A stretch of DNA of 64,000 nt from a virus: the IMG/VR virus record IMGVR_UViG_3300013426_000015, positions 56,913 through 120,912 of that record; one strand, 5' to 3'. The notes below the pieces were generated by a model. The model made no database searches, had not been told where the DNA came from, and saw only the letters and a list, made by a program, of their open reading frames with translations. The stretch's first letter is position 1, and each line of letters begins with the position of its first letter. A program made the position numbers and the translations under genes. Positions 37,901 to 49,200 of this stretch are shown one piece after another.

Positions 37901-40178
37901 GGGCAATGACGAAGATATGATTGCAATAAAAAATAAATACCAGAAATCACTTGACTCATTACAACGAAGTGCCACTATTTTAGAAAAACTTCAAAATGAT
38001 ACGCTTAGTCTTGAAGAACGATCTGCATACTTTGGCAGCAATAGTAAGCTCACCAGAGATCAGATGATTGAACAGACTAAGCAAAACATGATCAATTATA
38101 AAAACAGCATTATCAAACAGCAAGAAGAAATCATTGTAACTGGCAAGAATTCAATAAACAGTGAGTTTAAGAATTTCCGTGCTGATATAAGTGCAATGCT
38201 TGAAACACAGACTGCCAACTGGGAGAAGCTTGATAAGAACTTTACTTATGACGGAACAGCTCTGACAGAACAGATACGTAAAGGTAATCTTGTTGATTTC
38301 GCGGTTATCAATACAAAATCTGCTGAAGATATGGGGCTATTCGATCAAGCAGATCAGTATGTTGAAATGCTTAAGAAAGACAATAATGAGTATTATCAAA
38401 AACTTATTGGTGAGCTTGGAGAAGGTGCTTCGAATAAAGACATAATGAAACTTTCGTCTCAGCGAGAGGGCATTACTATGTTTATGCAAAGATTTCCAAC
38501 CGTTCATGATCAGAGCGTTATGTCTGCAAGAATTTATACTACTGAAAATGGCGTCCAAGACAATACTGCATTTGTAGCTGAATGGTCTCAGAAAAAGATG
38601 AAGAATGATAACGACTCGGATAAAGTTGAATTCTATACTACTTCTAAGAGAGTCGTTAGTGACCAAATGCAAGATAGCGAAATGAACCTTGGACAAAGAA
38701 TTCAAGCAAGACGTAATGTTATGCCAGAGCATAAATCTGCTGATAAACAAACTAATCCATCAGAAGCATTAGCTAAACGTTCTGCATTTGGTACAGCATA
38801 TAGTAATATAGCCGATGCCGATGAGTTTGAAAATGTTTATGCAGAGTATAGTAGCAGCTCAAGGTTAGCAGAATTTGAAGACTTTTTTAAACAAGCAAAA
38901 GACGAATCAGAAAAAAGTGGCGTTGCGTTAGATAAAGTATTTGAAACCAAAGCAGCAACATCAGGCGACTTCTCTGAAATGAAGAAGTTGTTTGTTGACA
39001 GACGACGTATGGACGATGCACTTATTGCAGAAGTCGCACAGTCTTCAAAAGCGAAAGTCGGTTACATCAATAACGCTGTTGCTAACTTCACGAGTATTGG
39101 TGATCAATATTCATTGTTAAGAGCAAAAGAATTTGATGTCGGCAGTGATGACTTCATAAGATACCATGCCGCTAATGAGCTTATCAATAGAGAACGTGGA
39201 GACCTTATCGAGAATGTCATTAACGCTAAGAATACTGTCAAATCCTCTGATCAGGTAAGTACAGTATCAGATATGCTTGATGGCATGAGGGATATGCTTA
39301 CTGGCAATAGTGCTTCTGTTCGAGATAAAGGTCAAGAAAATTTACACGAAGTCATAGACAGAGCTATTGGTTCCAAATATGATGATTATATTGATAATGC
39401 TTTTAAGCAAAACACATATTTAGCTCAATATCTTAAAAGAACGCTTAATCTTGAAGAAGCAACTCAAGGAGACAAAAGAAAAGCCGCAATTGATCTCACT
39501 CTTTCTGTCATGAGAGAAACTTCTACTGCTGACAATAGGTCATTCCAGTATAGTATGAAGTATTCTACACCAATAGAATCCAGTGATGGTTCATTTGTAA
39601 GAGATATTGCTTATAAAATATCTGATTCTGCCGCATCATCCAATAATGCAGCTATTAAAGAAAATGCTGATTATGCTTACACCGCTGCTAAAGTGATGAC
39701 TGAGACAGCATCGTCTGGTTCTACTCATGCTGCCACTGGAAGTGCTGCCAGAGCTGTGTCTCAGACTATTAAGAATTCTGTAAGTAAAAATATTGCTCTT
39801 GGTGCTGTTGGTATAGCCGCTTCGATATTTGCTGTCGGTATTATAGGTGGCAATCCCTCTCGTGCTCCACAAGAAGACGCTCAGACTGCTGTCCCGAAAG
39901 ATGCTTATAGATATGACAATTATAATTATGAGACCGGCACAGTAAATCCTATGATGCCACCGATGGATATGCCTCAGGGACAGAATAGAGGATATGTAGT
40001 TAATATGAGAGCATCTACCAACGGAAGTTATTATGATGCAGAGAAAAAAGTGGCACAGGCTACACAACAGAGTTATTCTTCTAGCAATTATTCATTTACA
40101 ATGAATAGAAAATTCTCTTATTCATCTCAACAGGATAATGATGCTTATGTAGAAGGTATACTAAATAGGCTCATATAA
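31935..40178 (+). CDS. Putative single-chain two-barrel (DPBB) RNA polymerase with an N-terminal DEDDh exonuclease domain (2747 aa)
   Basis: FDLET, GAN..YD and HIASTD (DEDDh). ENDGSFIT and NKVGFGEEKS (beta-like barrel). RADIS, QRFPTVH and NDNDSDK (beta'-like barrel with DxDxD). Confidence 0.72.
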   Translation: MAKKKYNGRINYKLSDNSHITRILSDDYTIDDNPIRRIKDLIKNDKVLSKIAGGSSVSSLQLGIDRSFKDTSAKAGNPLMLDFIDIAMKTPKTSTSKNIMMTAVNGAVRYSYQRTPYRTNLHTLNKTISAAQAAINKGNFTGIVFDLETITGKNEAGKDTFSAITEISMRVLDHNFKEATSSFGGQDNVEKSIHAIIGLNEKQEADIRNMLSGYMSGKTKFKDLTEQQKVAVQEILNFNEATVKNVNFRGMNLIQTVSKKSREEIESMIDSHTGAELAGDVESGLRKLRQWHDNSNAESALSYLSDYMNSINGTNTFGIGANVLAYDNNVLRASGLVGNLPANGFIDITEIWRQHTAITGKETRGGAQQSNIFAQMFPGESPSGVAHIASTDTEMSARIAETELGTSFSAGLKYREKQLKKHDFEVGGIYKTHDTISSPIGFSLGNDGTIIASTGYYKDPLNPARSGVRDYAYPIGLSKGFSYELVDHEIVDLTNLSPEQTDQLKSIMGDKYVGDSQIHMIGMRPILDSNSPETIDGSTKYLFLNPRDFDATLGDFERIGTVSEKDGKKVIQGLYGNSEARIKDSMNTAIDYHTTEKAVRSFEDAPYKTLSDFNLYYQGHQGSIKELSAAIATGDISQINAARAKIATEMRVTYSAAGKSNAPELADKLAYASERLESLLPLYDEFNTIAASNGIDGSTDKDATFKKTLDYFADSLSYVSSDGTRTSVSSSRIKPLDSESLTLHLPGLARPGATSDAMTIGFGQNFDRYKLAEKLNRLSDKKKTGVAYADEVSDINMLRKFVSSLTDIKSYDGVAKDDITAISNSLVKHGLMREGTFKKKGASKTVYSPSDLFNPQLSIDDMLDMIKDGYSQEELDYLKTQSRGDILSSVIYDALNDSGIRSKSTTQRMIPFISPDSSNGTFLKQGNRPIKTIEDMLDAFRNAYKVSGTVKTQSSNYFFSAKTNGKTAAVNAIYGALVDDPFKGTKFKEFLETRGFSAKEIADKATAIQTSATEYRSYIEDMVSSYLDEGFQFQITDHGVQVRDPMTDWQDLVLPRMRMSDNGTAYWQMGSKDMIINTHAVFDGYGGKIVLHSDFQKDGFRRSSKRSIVREQARGNNVTAQTLINQVSYDMRSVFSDTPDAFSKSESSKYVSGGVLDIVSLADHMFSLTDEESLDSSGFLNKYRANHRGRYDELKAAYIKGKKSRGDQKIEKVADLGMEFYELFTAESDSLFDSIAEGTSDPDTKNLIKHISASATQEKLMDRGMYVVNAPRYDTPLSNFLNQKRNTGYQNAKAPIPLNLEKMKAIGAKEYRTIESDSTLRAHEALANKGLVTSARIDVAHLSQEEYNKIISTAQLGDISKTYGDDTYAKALEILNTVNLENDGSFITTEFANALPVSDVNNKMIDVVNKGLYRIEGPTGDKTRKIDAIDMIPKITINSNGSIDVKYSKEFYVKQGSTMVMFDRDESVSKGTLKIGAKEKTKRNAIGSFRYYDENNIEISEKDVAQAISEIGIDVFTGRTQDEQAELAARLLKEKKGITMKFKLEDIRLANKVGFGEEKSYATSLTMSVGASKEMRDILDKYRNTQKGNNDIIESIIGVTIRDDAFDVIARQIGMADSDVAVFKRIMHSPTDILHGILKGTSAENAHMFTNIGELKHESVESNVALMSERIMRDFKEKGASDEEITKFFSSVLDGKAIYDPKKGILQLTDEKVERINSDILIKKYDEITKNERANDIITTTVSVNAAKDWSASKFSGHIAKELSDNEQLYKSGAISRDTAIRRERDIRLKYSDEFFGGVKVSNQELEVIGRQRYNDATLSPFIGAKSQDTFVSKTQEALERKGVLSKVNGKYELAESGRDQMIYSGAYSDYSKTMLNGYDYEMKSSRYSRASLDKAEAKDIVDDYTGKIRTFNQHNSVIQKQIIDDGDFNVVKASDIIPAIGDAQEEATKLPNNPYVNDMVVDLGEGFGGDFSNDRYVAIKGIDPKFFKGNDEDMIAIKNKYQKSLDSLQRSATILEKLQNDTLSLEERSAYFGSNSKLTRDQMIEQTKQNMINYKNSIIKQQEEIIVTGKNSINSEFKNFRADISAMLETQTANWEKLDKNFTYDGTALTEQIRKGNLVDFAVINTKSAEDMGLFDQADQYVEMLKKDNNEYYQKLIGELGEGASNKDIMKLSSQREGITMFMQRFPTVHDQSVMSARIYTTENGVQDNTAFVAEWSQKKMKNDNDSDKVEFYTTSKRVVSDQMQDSEMNLGQRIQARRNVMPEHKSADKQTNPSEALAKRSAFGTAYSNIADADEFENVYAEYSSSSRLAEFEDFFKQAKDESEKSGVALDKVFETKAATSGDFSEMKKLFVDRRRMDDALIAEVAQSSKAKVGYINNAVANFTSIGDQYSLLRAKEFDVGSDDFIRYHAANELINRERGDLIENVINAKNTVKSSDQVSTVSDMLDGMRDMLTGNSASVRDKGQENLHEVIDRAIGSKYDDYIDNAFKQNTYLAQYLKRTLNLEEATQGDKRKAAIDLTLSVMRETSTADNRSFQYSMKYSTPIESSDGSFVRDIAYKISDSAASSNNAAIKENADYAYTAAKVMTETASSGSTHAATGSAARAVSQTIKNSVSKNIALGAVGIAASIFAVGIIGGNPSRAPQEDAQTAVPKDAYRYDNYNYETGTVNPMMPPMDMPQGQNRGYVVNMRASTNGSYYDAEKKVAQATQQSYSSSNYSFTMNRKFSYSSQQDNDAYVEGILNRLI

Positions 40179-40181
40179 AAT

Positions 40182-40210
40182 AAAAGGCGGCGGTCATTCG
40201 CCGCCTTTTT
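40182..40210 (+). terminator. Rho-independent terminator (possibly bidirectional)
   Basis: AAAAGGCGGCG / CGCCGCCTTTTT. Confidence 0.85.
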
Positions 40211-40233
40211 ACTATATTATTCAGAATATCAAG

Positions 40234-40255
40234 AGTAATAATATTTGTATACTAA
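40234..40255 (+). promoter_or_regulatory. AGTAATAATA-N4-TATACTAA candidate promoter
   Basis: Lies just after a terminator and 46 nt before ATG 40280; matches the copy at 31891. Confidence 0.5.
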
Positions 40256-40279
40256 CCTTACGAGAGGATATTATTAAAG

Positions 40280-43200
40280 ATGGCAGAAAAATCTATACTT
40301 TCATATTTGTATAGTCACAATTACAATAAAATAGATCCCTCTAATTTTGTTCTTCCAACAACAAATGATTTCAAGTCCACTGAATTGCCTTATGAACTTG
40401 AAAAGAAAATAAATTATGATGGCGACTTTACTAAAATGCTGTATTTCATTGAAAAACCATATTCTGAGAATCCCGGTTTTTACAGTGATGACAATGTTAT
40501 TATAGTTAAAGGTAAGCCAATTTTAACTGGTGAATATCTCGGTAACTTCGACTCTGATACCGTGTATTTTCCATTGTCTGATATAGATGACAATAATGCA
40601 ATGGTTTCTTATAATGATAATCTCTTTACTATTAAAGAATACCTTACTTATGCCAGCGCAAGCTTTGGAAACAATGCTCAAGTCGGTGTACGTTTCGTCG
40701 GCGTCAACGCGCCTGAGACATATAAGTATAAGCTTATCGAAGCTGACAAAGTAGATTCCATTGCAAAACACTTTACCAAGAGTGATATAAAAGACAGCAG
40801 AGAAAACTTCTTGTATGATGAATTGTCTGAAGACTATATATCTGATACGATGTATTTTATTCAGAAGACGATAGATGGTACGAAATATTGGTGTCAGCTT
40901 ACAAATGAGTCAGAAGAAAAATTCGGTCCTATTGAAGATGAGAACGGCAATATATCTTATGACACTATCACTGTACGTAAGTATCTTTATAAGACTGCTG
41001 ATGCGAATGACAATAAAATAAGCCATGAGATGACACAGAGAATGATCGACCTTATAGGCGATAATGAAGTCGTCATGATGCTCGACCATAATATGCTTAA
41101 CAACAAATCTGGCGATTATCCAACTACTTATGACCAATATGATGACTCTCTGATTGGCACTCTGAAAAGATATATAGGCGGATTGTATTCTGAGAACAGC
41201 GGACCAAAATACGCTGGCTTCTCTAATTTTGGTCAGGATGGTTACGGACGTTTTCTTGGATGCCTTTATGTTAAAACAAAGATTCCTGGACTTCCAGAAG
41301 AGATCCAAGAAAAGATCGGAGACCAATGGATCAATGTCACTAAGTATCTGCTTTATTATTATGGTCCGAATGGTATCATAAATAATGCTCTTGAGCTTTC
41401 ATTTAATAGTTATAGCCCTACTCATGTTGCCAACTATAATTTTGCTTCAAGTGCTTTTAAGGTATGGACTTATAATAATAACAAGCAGAGAATAGAAGAT
41501 CTTCTTGATAATGCTTCTTTTGATAGCATCACAAGACAGAGAGAAATTCAGAAACAGATTCTTGGTTTTGACTTTGATACTGAGTTGAAAGATTGGACTG
41601 TAATGATTGGAGATTATGCGTGCATAATCCCTCCTACATCTATCAGATGTGTCACAAGAAATAGTGCAGAATCTGTGCCGCTTATTCGTTCACGTGGATC
41701 AGCGATGAAAGAAACACCTCAGAGTGAGCGCATTCTTGAAATGACATTGTATTTCACAGAGGATAGTGGAATAAATGGTGTTGAGATTGAAGTGCCGGTC
41801 ACAGAAAATGGCGAGACTCATAGGCTTGATGAGCATACTCTTGCTCCTACTGGTGAGACTATTAAGTATTATATGAATGGTCTTCGTGCGCTTATATCTA
41901 TGTTTAAGCTGTGCCCATTCATGCCTATAACTAATACTTATATCAACGATACACTAAATATAGATGCTGTCGCATTATCTAACCTCTATATATCTACTGT
42001 ACCAGGCTATCCAAAATGTATCTCAGCAAATCTCCAATTAAGAGAATTCAACTATCATGCATACATGACTGAGATACCTTATAACGGCAGTGAATCAGCA
42101 GATACGCTTATGTATAGCAATTTATTTGAGAAGTGTATCGATTATGATGCTCTGAGATATTATTATCAGAAACCATTGTATAGAGGAGAAGTTGCGGCAA
42201 GATACCCATTCGATTCTAAAGAGTATTTGAATTGTACTTATGGTAACAAGACTGCTTTACAACCTATGTCTTTTGAAGGATCAGGAATAGAATTCTATAT
42301 ACCTGATTCAGACCATCTTAATAGACTTCTACAAGTTAAAATGGAATCTATAAGTCAGCCTATCAAAACGCAGTATAAAGTTACTGATGATGTAAAAGAG
42401 TGGGCTGCGGAATTAGGTAAACTATATCCTGCATTAAATGATTTTATCCTGTCTGACGAATATCAAAACTTTGTAGATTTTTTAAATGACGGTCCTACAA
42501 ATAGTAATGGCAATCATTTATTTGTTAATGCTGATCTTATTCAGGACTCTGAAACAAGAGTTGAGATAACTGATTATAGCTCATTCGTATCCTCTTTTAA
42601 TAAAAATGATACATATTATGAAAATGGATACGTTTATCAACTCACAAAAGCAAACCAATTTTTAAAGTCTGTATTTACAAGAAATTTCAGACAAGACAAT
42701 TATAATGTATATTGGTATTTTAATAATAGATATATACCTTTTAATTTCGATGTAAATAAGATAGCCGAACAAAGATTTGATTTTTCGAATTTAATTGCAA
42801 GTAATATTATAAGCAATTTTGATATAGATAATAATAATATTAAATTTGTTATCAATAAGGCTAAAGAAACAAACACTTACAATATAATAAATTTCTTAAA
42901 AAATCTGTCTATAGATATAGAAACAAATTATACCAATTATTTTAATGATGATGGTTACTTTGTTATTCCATTTATGGAAAAGAATAAAGACAAAACTGTC
43001 ACATCAAATATCAAAAATAGCAATGCTTATAAAGTTATTGAATATTGCTTCAATTATTATACAAACGAGCGTCCATTCGAACTTCCTTCAGACACTATGC
43101 AGTCTACTGTCATGGATATAAAAGAAGATGTAGATCTTGATACTGAGGATTCATTTAAGTTTATCAAGTATCCAAATGATACTATAATGGATTCGGCTAT

Positions 43201-46200
43201 AGTAACCAATGTCTCTGCTTCATTCAATAATAATCTGACTAATACATATCTTAAAGCTATTGACGGGTATGCGCCACAATATTTAGGTGGACAAGATACT
43301 GTTATCGAATTATCTCTACAAACACAAGACGAAAGTGTGGTTTCTGCGCTCAATCTTTTGCCTAAACTTTGTGCAGAGTATATGCGAAATTATAGGCTCA
43401 TTCTGTCTTGTTGCCCATTAAGAATCAATACTGATATAACACGTATGCTCGGTGTTAATGAAGTGATGATTGAAAGTGTTGATGTTTCAACTGTCGATGG
43501 CTATCCAGGGCTATATCAAGTCAATATGAGATTTATTGCGATGGATAGAACCGTGCGCAATAAAGAAGCTCTTAAGAGACTTGACGTAAATAATGCTGGA
43601 TCGAGAACCATTGCAACTACTCAGACATTTACTACAAGAGACTATTTTGGATTAAAAGACAAAATCTCTGCCGCTGAGATATATCCGGATCTTGAACTTC
43701 CTACTATAGCAGAGCTTAATGCCTATGGTTTTACTTATATTAAATACAAGATATTTGATACAAGCAGAATATATCCTGATCCAGATTTTTATTTTGTATA
43801 TGGAGCCACTACTACCAACAAAATTATACGAGATAGTATAATCAACAATCTTGAAAACAAGAATGATAAGACATTTACCATGTCTGATTATCTTGGTGGG
43901 CAGTTAAATATCAATATCGCTCAGGATGGCAATGAGCAATTATTAAGCTATGACAATGAGAATGCTACTGCTAAACTTGAGGGTAGCATATCACAGAATA
44001 TTGAAGAAGCTGTACAAAAATACAAGAACGCAATATATAATTTAAAGATACAAACAGACAAAGTTATCAATAACGGTTTTGATTTATATAATATATCAGA
44101 TGTAAATCGAAATATAAACATGTATACATCTGATGAGCTATATAATCTTGTAAATATAATTAGTAACCTTAAAAGTAATGAATATTGGAATTTTTCATCA
44201 AACGCAAAAGGATTATTTAGAAGCTCATTAAGTTGGAATATTGAAAGCGATGATGATTTTTCTGGTTTTGTTGAATATTTTGATCAAGCCACAGATATTG
44301 TTAATTATATCATTGGAGACCATAATAAATATGGAACAAAACCATACTATAATGGAATTGATGATTATATTTATCAAGAAATATATGAAAAGTCAATTGA
44401 TAAACAAGGCAATATCTTATCAAATGATAAGCTATTAAATAACTTTAATGAGAAATACAATATTGATAAATGTAATAGCAAATATAGAGAAGATATTAAA
44501 ACTTGGATTTCCTCCATCTTTAACGATTATAATTTTCCTGATATAACATACGATAGTGGATATGCTGAACCACATTATAAACCATCTCTATTTTATGTTG
44601 CTACGGTCAATGGAGAGTTAAATAGAAGTGGTTCACTTGCTCCACAATTTACTTATGTTGAAAATTATCTTGTTAAATCTATTTTATCTATTGCTGATTC
44701 TTTTACTGGTATATCCTCTTATCACGATATAGATGACAAAAATAATAATTCGTGGAAATTAAATGCTTTTACCAACGTAAATGATTCTATTTATCCATTG
44801 ATTGGTAAGAATAATAAACTTGAAGAAGTAAAAGATATAATTAACACAGAAACTACATTTGGTCCTTTTAAAGTTTCGCAATATTCTGGAAGATACATTA
44901 AACGACACCTTGGATTGAATTATTTTGATGCATATTTAAGTGATTTACTAACTGAAACACAATCACACTATGACGATACAAAACGCGAAAAAGCATATTT
45001 TAATAAAATAGATGATGAAAAATATTATTTCTTCAATCCAGCAATAATGAGACATCAAATCAAATATTATAGTGACAATGATGAGTATTCTAAAAAAATT
45101 ATTGATGGTTATAAGATAGGATTATTATATAGCCCTAAAATAGCTGCTGCTGAAATAGTTATTAACTTGGCAATCATAATGCAATATCTTATTTGTCATA
45201 ATATTTTGATTTCCGAAATTCAGTGCCTTGCCAGAGATGTAATAAATAATAAAAACAAAATTATTGAACTTCACACTATTATGGAGTCAAATAAAACTGA
45301 AACAATTTATACCAATAAAGATTATACAGTTTTTAAAGCAGAGTATGATAAAGCATCTAAAGCTACTATCGCAAAAAAATGCACCAAAACCATATTTGAT
45401 CAATTATTAGAAGCACAGGATGCATATGATTCTGCTAAAGAAACAATATCAGATGAGGAAATAGATAGTGTAGAGGCAAGTCTTAAAGAACTTGCTAATA
45501 ATACTTTTGAATCACAAGATGACTTTAATAACATTGTTTCATCTCTAACAGATATTTACAATAAACTGATATTGGGCAACACACTTATAGCTTCTTTGGT
45601 ATATATCAATGGACTTGACAGCACAATGATGGACGCAATATCTAACAAGAACTATCAAGTACTTAATGATATGCTACATTCTTCTCAGCTTGCATTAAAT
45701 AGCACAAATAATATTTTCACCTATAAATTTCTGTTGTCTTTAGCCGGTAGAGAAGTTATTAAGTCTATTGAAGACCTTGGTGCTAGTGAGAATACAGTTT
45801 CATCTATTGCTACTGGCATTATTGATGAAAAATTTAAGGTAAATCAAGAGAGTCAGCCATATATTTATACCAGAGATTCATTCTATGATATGATTACAAG
45901 TGACATGAGAGGTAGAATGGCGCGAGCATTCCCTACATTCTATATGCTTTTTGTAGATGAGGGAAGGGAAATAGGTTTATGGAAACTCAATGATAACTTC
46001 TATAATATGTCTTCAATAAGCGAGATAACAATAACAAAGTCTCGTAAAATAGCTGCTGACACTTGCACTGTCTCGATGACAAATCTGTTTAAGACATTTA
46101 CTACTGATGACGAAGATGGTAAAGAAATGGCATATGACCTCGAAACACTGTCTTCTATAGATAATAGCTTTGGTGATCTCTGGGATTCAATTTTCAGCCC

Positions 46201-49200
46201 TCGAAAGTTATTCTTAAGAGAATATCAAGAAAGACTTGAGCAGAATCCTATAGAGAGAGCGCAGCTCAAACCCGGTGTTCGCATTCATGTCAGAATGGGA
46301 TATGGCGGCGATGCTTACTCACTTCCTACTGTATTTAACGGTGTCGTCACCCAGGTGTCTACTGGTGAGTATATCAATATAGTTTGTCAAGGTGATGGTG
46401 TTGAGCTCACTAATCCTATAAACAGTGGACTTAAGTATTCTGAAGACATAACAAACTATGGAGATATACCGATAGTAAAACAGATTAAGAATTGGGCTAC
46501 TGCTGGTGCTACACCAAAAACTATTATGCATGGATTCTTGACGACTAAAGGCAAATGGACAAGGCAACTTATCAATAAGATTTCTTCTGGTAGATTCTTT
46601 GATGACAATCCATTTGGTATAACTCATTTTGGTGACCCGGATTTTAAAAATATCTTCAGCAACAGCGAGTGTGTTCAGAATATATATGAAGCATATAGTA
46701 CTCCTAATTTCAATGGTGATTCTCCAAATGCGGTAACTTATATGCAATATGATTACGCGACTAATGATATTCCTAAAGTGTCTACTCAGATTATTGATAA
46801 ATCTTTCTGGGATCTCATGCACGTAATGGCTGGAGTAGCACCCGATTATATAGCAAGTATCATTCCATTCGGACTTCGCAGTTCTGTTTTTTATGGACTT
46901 CCTCATTATTATTGTGCTTATGAATATATGAAAGATTCCGATGGAAGAATAAAAGAGAGAAGGAAACCATTCCAGCAATATCACGTATATAATTCATATA
47001 GTGATATTATAGAAAATAATATCTCAACCTCATCTGAATTTATGAAGACAAATGCTGTAGGTCTATATGGATTAAAAGGTGCGCTCGGAAATATGACAAC
47101 TAAACGTGTCGGCCCAATCTACGCTGATATAGACATCTACTCTGAATATCAGAAGTCAATGACAGTAGATACGACTTTTGTATCTCAGTATAATGGCGCA
47201 CTAAGTCCACTTGGTACTATTGTTCCATTCCTCAATAATATTCTTGAAGATACAAATGCTCTTGTAAAATATGGTATAGACAATGAAAGTATTGCATTCA
47301 GAATAACCGCGAGAGCACTAAAGGATTCTGTCAAAGAAATGTATCAAGGTGAACTTATTACTATTGGAGATCCTTCTGTTAAGCCATATGATGTAATGTA
47401 TTTATCAGATGTATATGAAAATATGCAAGGTGGCTGTGAGGTTGAAGCTGTTACTCATATTCTTAATTCGCAGACTGGTTTTACATCAAGTATCTATGTA
47501 GATCCAATGATAGACATTGATAACAGATACTATCAAGTAGCTCATTCATTAGGTATATCTACTCTTGCAAGTTGTGTCGGTGTATGTGGTGCTATTTGGA
47601 GCACATCAGCATTATTCGGCAGAACAACTCAACCATTTACTAAAATGGCTGCTAAAATGTTAACCAAAGGTACTGATAGGCTTGCAAGCAGCGTTACTGA
47701 TATACTCAACTTCTTACCTATTGGAGATGAGATAAGTAATAAGGTTGCAAACTTTATTAAAGGTTCTAATATCTTTGCTAATCTCAATGCTTCATATCAA
47801 TGTGATAAAATTCAAGAACTTGCAAGTAACTTGGCTAAGATAGATTTCTCTAAGATAAATGATTTATCAAAAGCTGGTCAACTTGAATCTTATCTTGATG
47901 CAATCAATAGTATTGGTAAGATAGATACATCAAGCCTATCAGATCTCGTAAATCTTACAAAAGCGTCTGATGAACGTCATCAAGCACAGATTTATTCTTA
48001 TATTGCCAACCATCTCGATGACATACTTAAAGAGCAAACAAGTAATATCAGTTCCAGCTTAACTAATATTGCAGACATACTTAAAAAATCAGATGGATTA
48101 CAAACACTTGGTAAAGCCGATGCTAATATCGGTGATGCATTGACCCTATTGAATAATATAAATGATGCAGACTTTACAAATCGCAGAACAATTCAAAAAT
48201 ATATTGATGCTATAAAACTTCTTCAAAATTCTGACGAAGCTAAGGATGTTGCCACAGATCTCGCTCAGATAACCAAAAATGTTGTTGATAGTACAAAAAC
48301 TGCTGCGACTAATATTGATAATGTCGCTTCTGGTCTTGCTGCAAGTAAAATAGCATCAGCAGTCAGTGGCACTACAGATGATGTTGCTGATGCTCTTAAA
48401 AAAGCATACTATGTTAAAACTGGTACTGCTATTGCTACAACTGTTGGATTAACTCTTGTAGAAATGGCTCTTGAAGCAATTATTTGTGGCGTTGTAAGAA
48501 ACAATATAACAAGATTTTATCGTAATCTTGAGGTTCTTAGAATTTATCCTCTCACCAAAAATGGTAAAGTGTATACTGCTGGACTAAGTGGTTCAAGAGG
48601 ATTAGTAGTAGGTTCATCAACATTTGATAAGCAAGGATGGTTACAAAACTTCCTTACTGATCTGAGTGATAATTTCTTATTCAGCAATATTTTTTATGGT
48701 TGGATACTTGGCGGAGATTCAAGAGATATAAGTAACATTACTACTGCGTGGAGACGAGGAAATAAGATGAAAGAGCCTGACTCTGATCTTGTCGGCGCAT
48801 CTTCTGCTCTCATAAATCTTCTTAGCTCTGTCAATGCCAACATGAATAATTATGATGGTATGATGGTTAACCGTATCGCGTTAAACAGAATTACAAATCT
48901 TTATGGTAATGATTCTGATACAGAAACTGCGGCTACTTTAAAAGCATTCAGTAATTTGTATATAAGTGATGGCGACACATTAGAGTATGATGTAAGGTTG
49001 TCTGCATTACAGCCAATAGATTATCTTATGGATTCTCTTAAAGAATCCGGTGTCCCTGATGGCACACTCACTTGCTATCATACTATGACAGATTACAATG
49101 AAGGTACTGTTCAGATACATTATAATGATAATTTATTGGATGTCCCTTATTATCATTCGATAGCTGATCAGCCAGATCTCATTGATATGTCTATGTTAAG

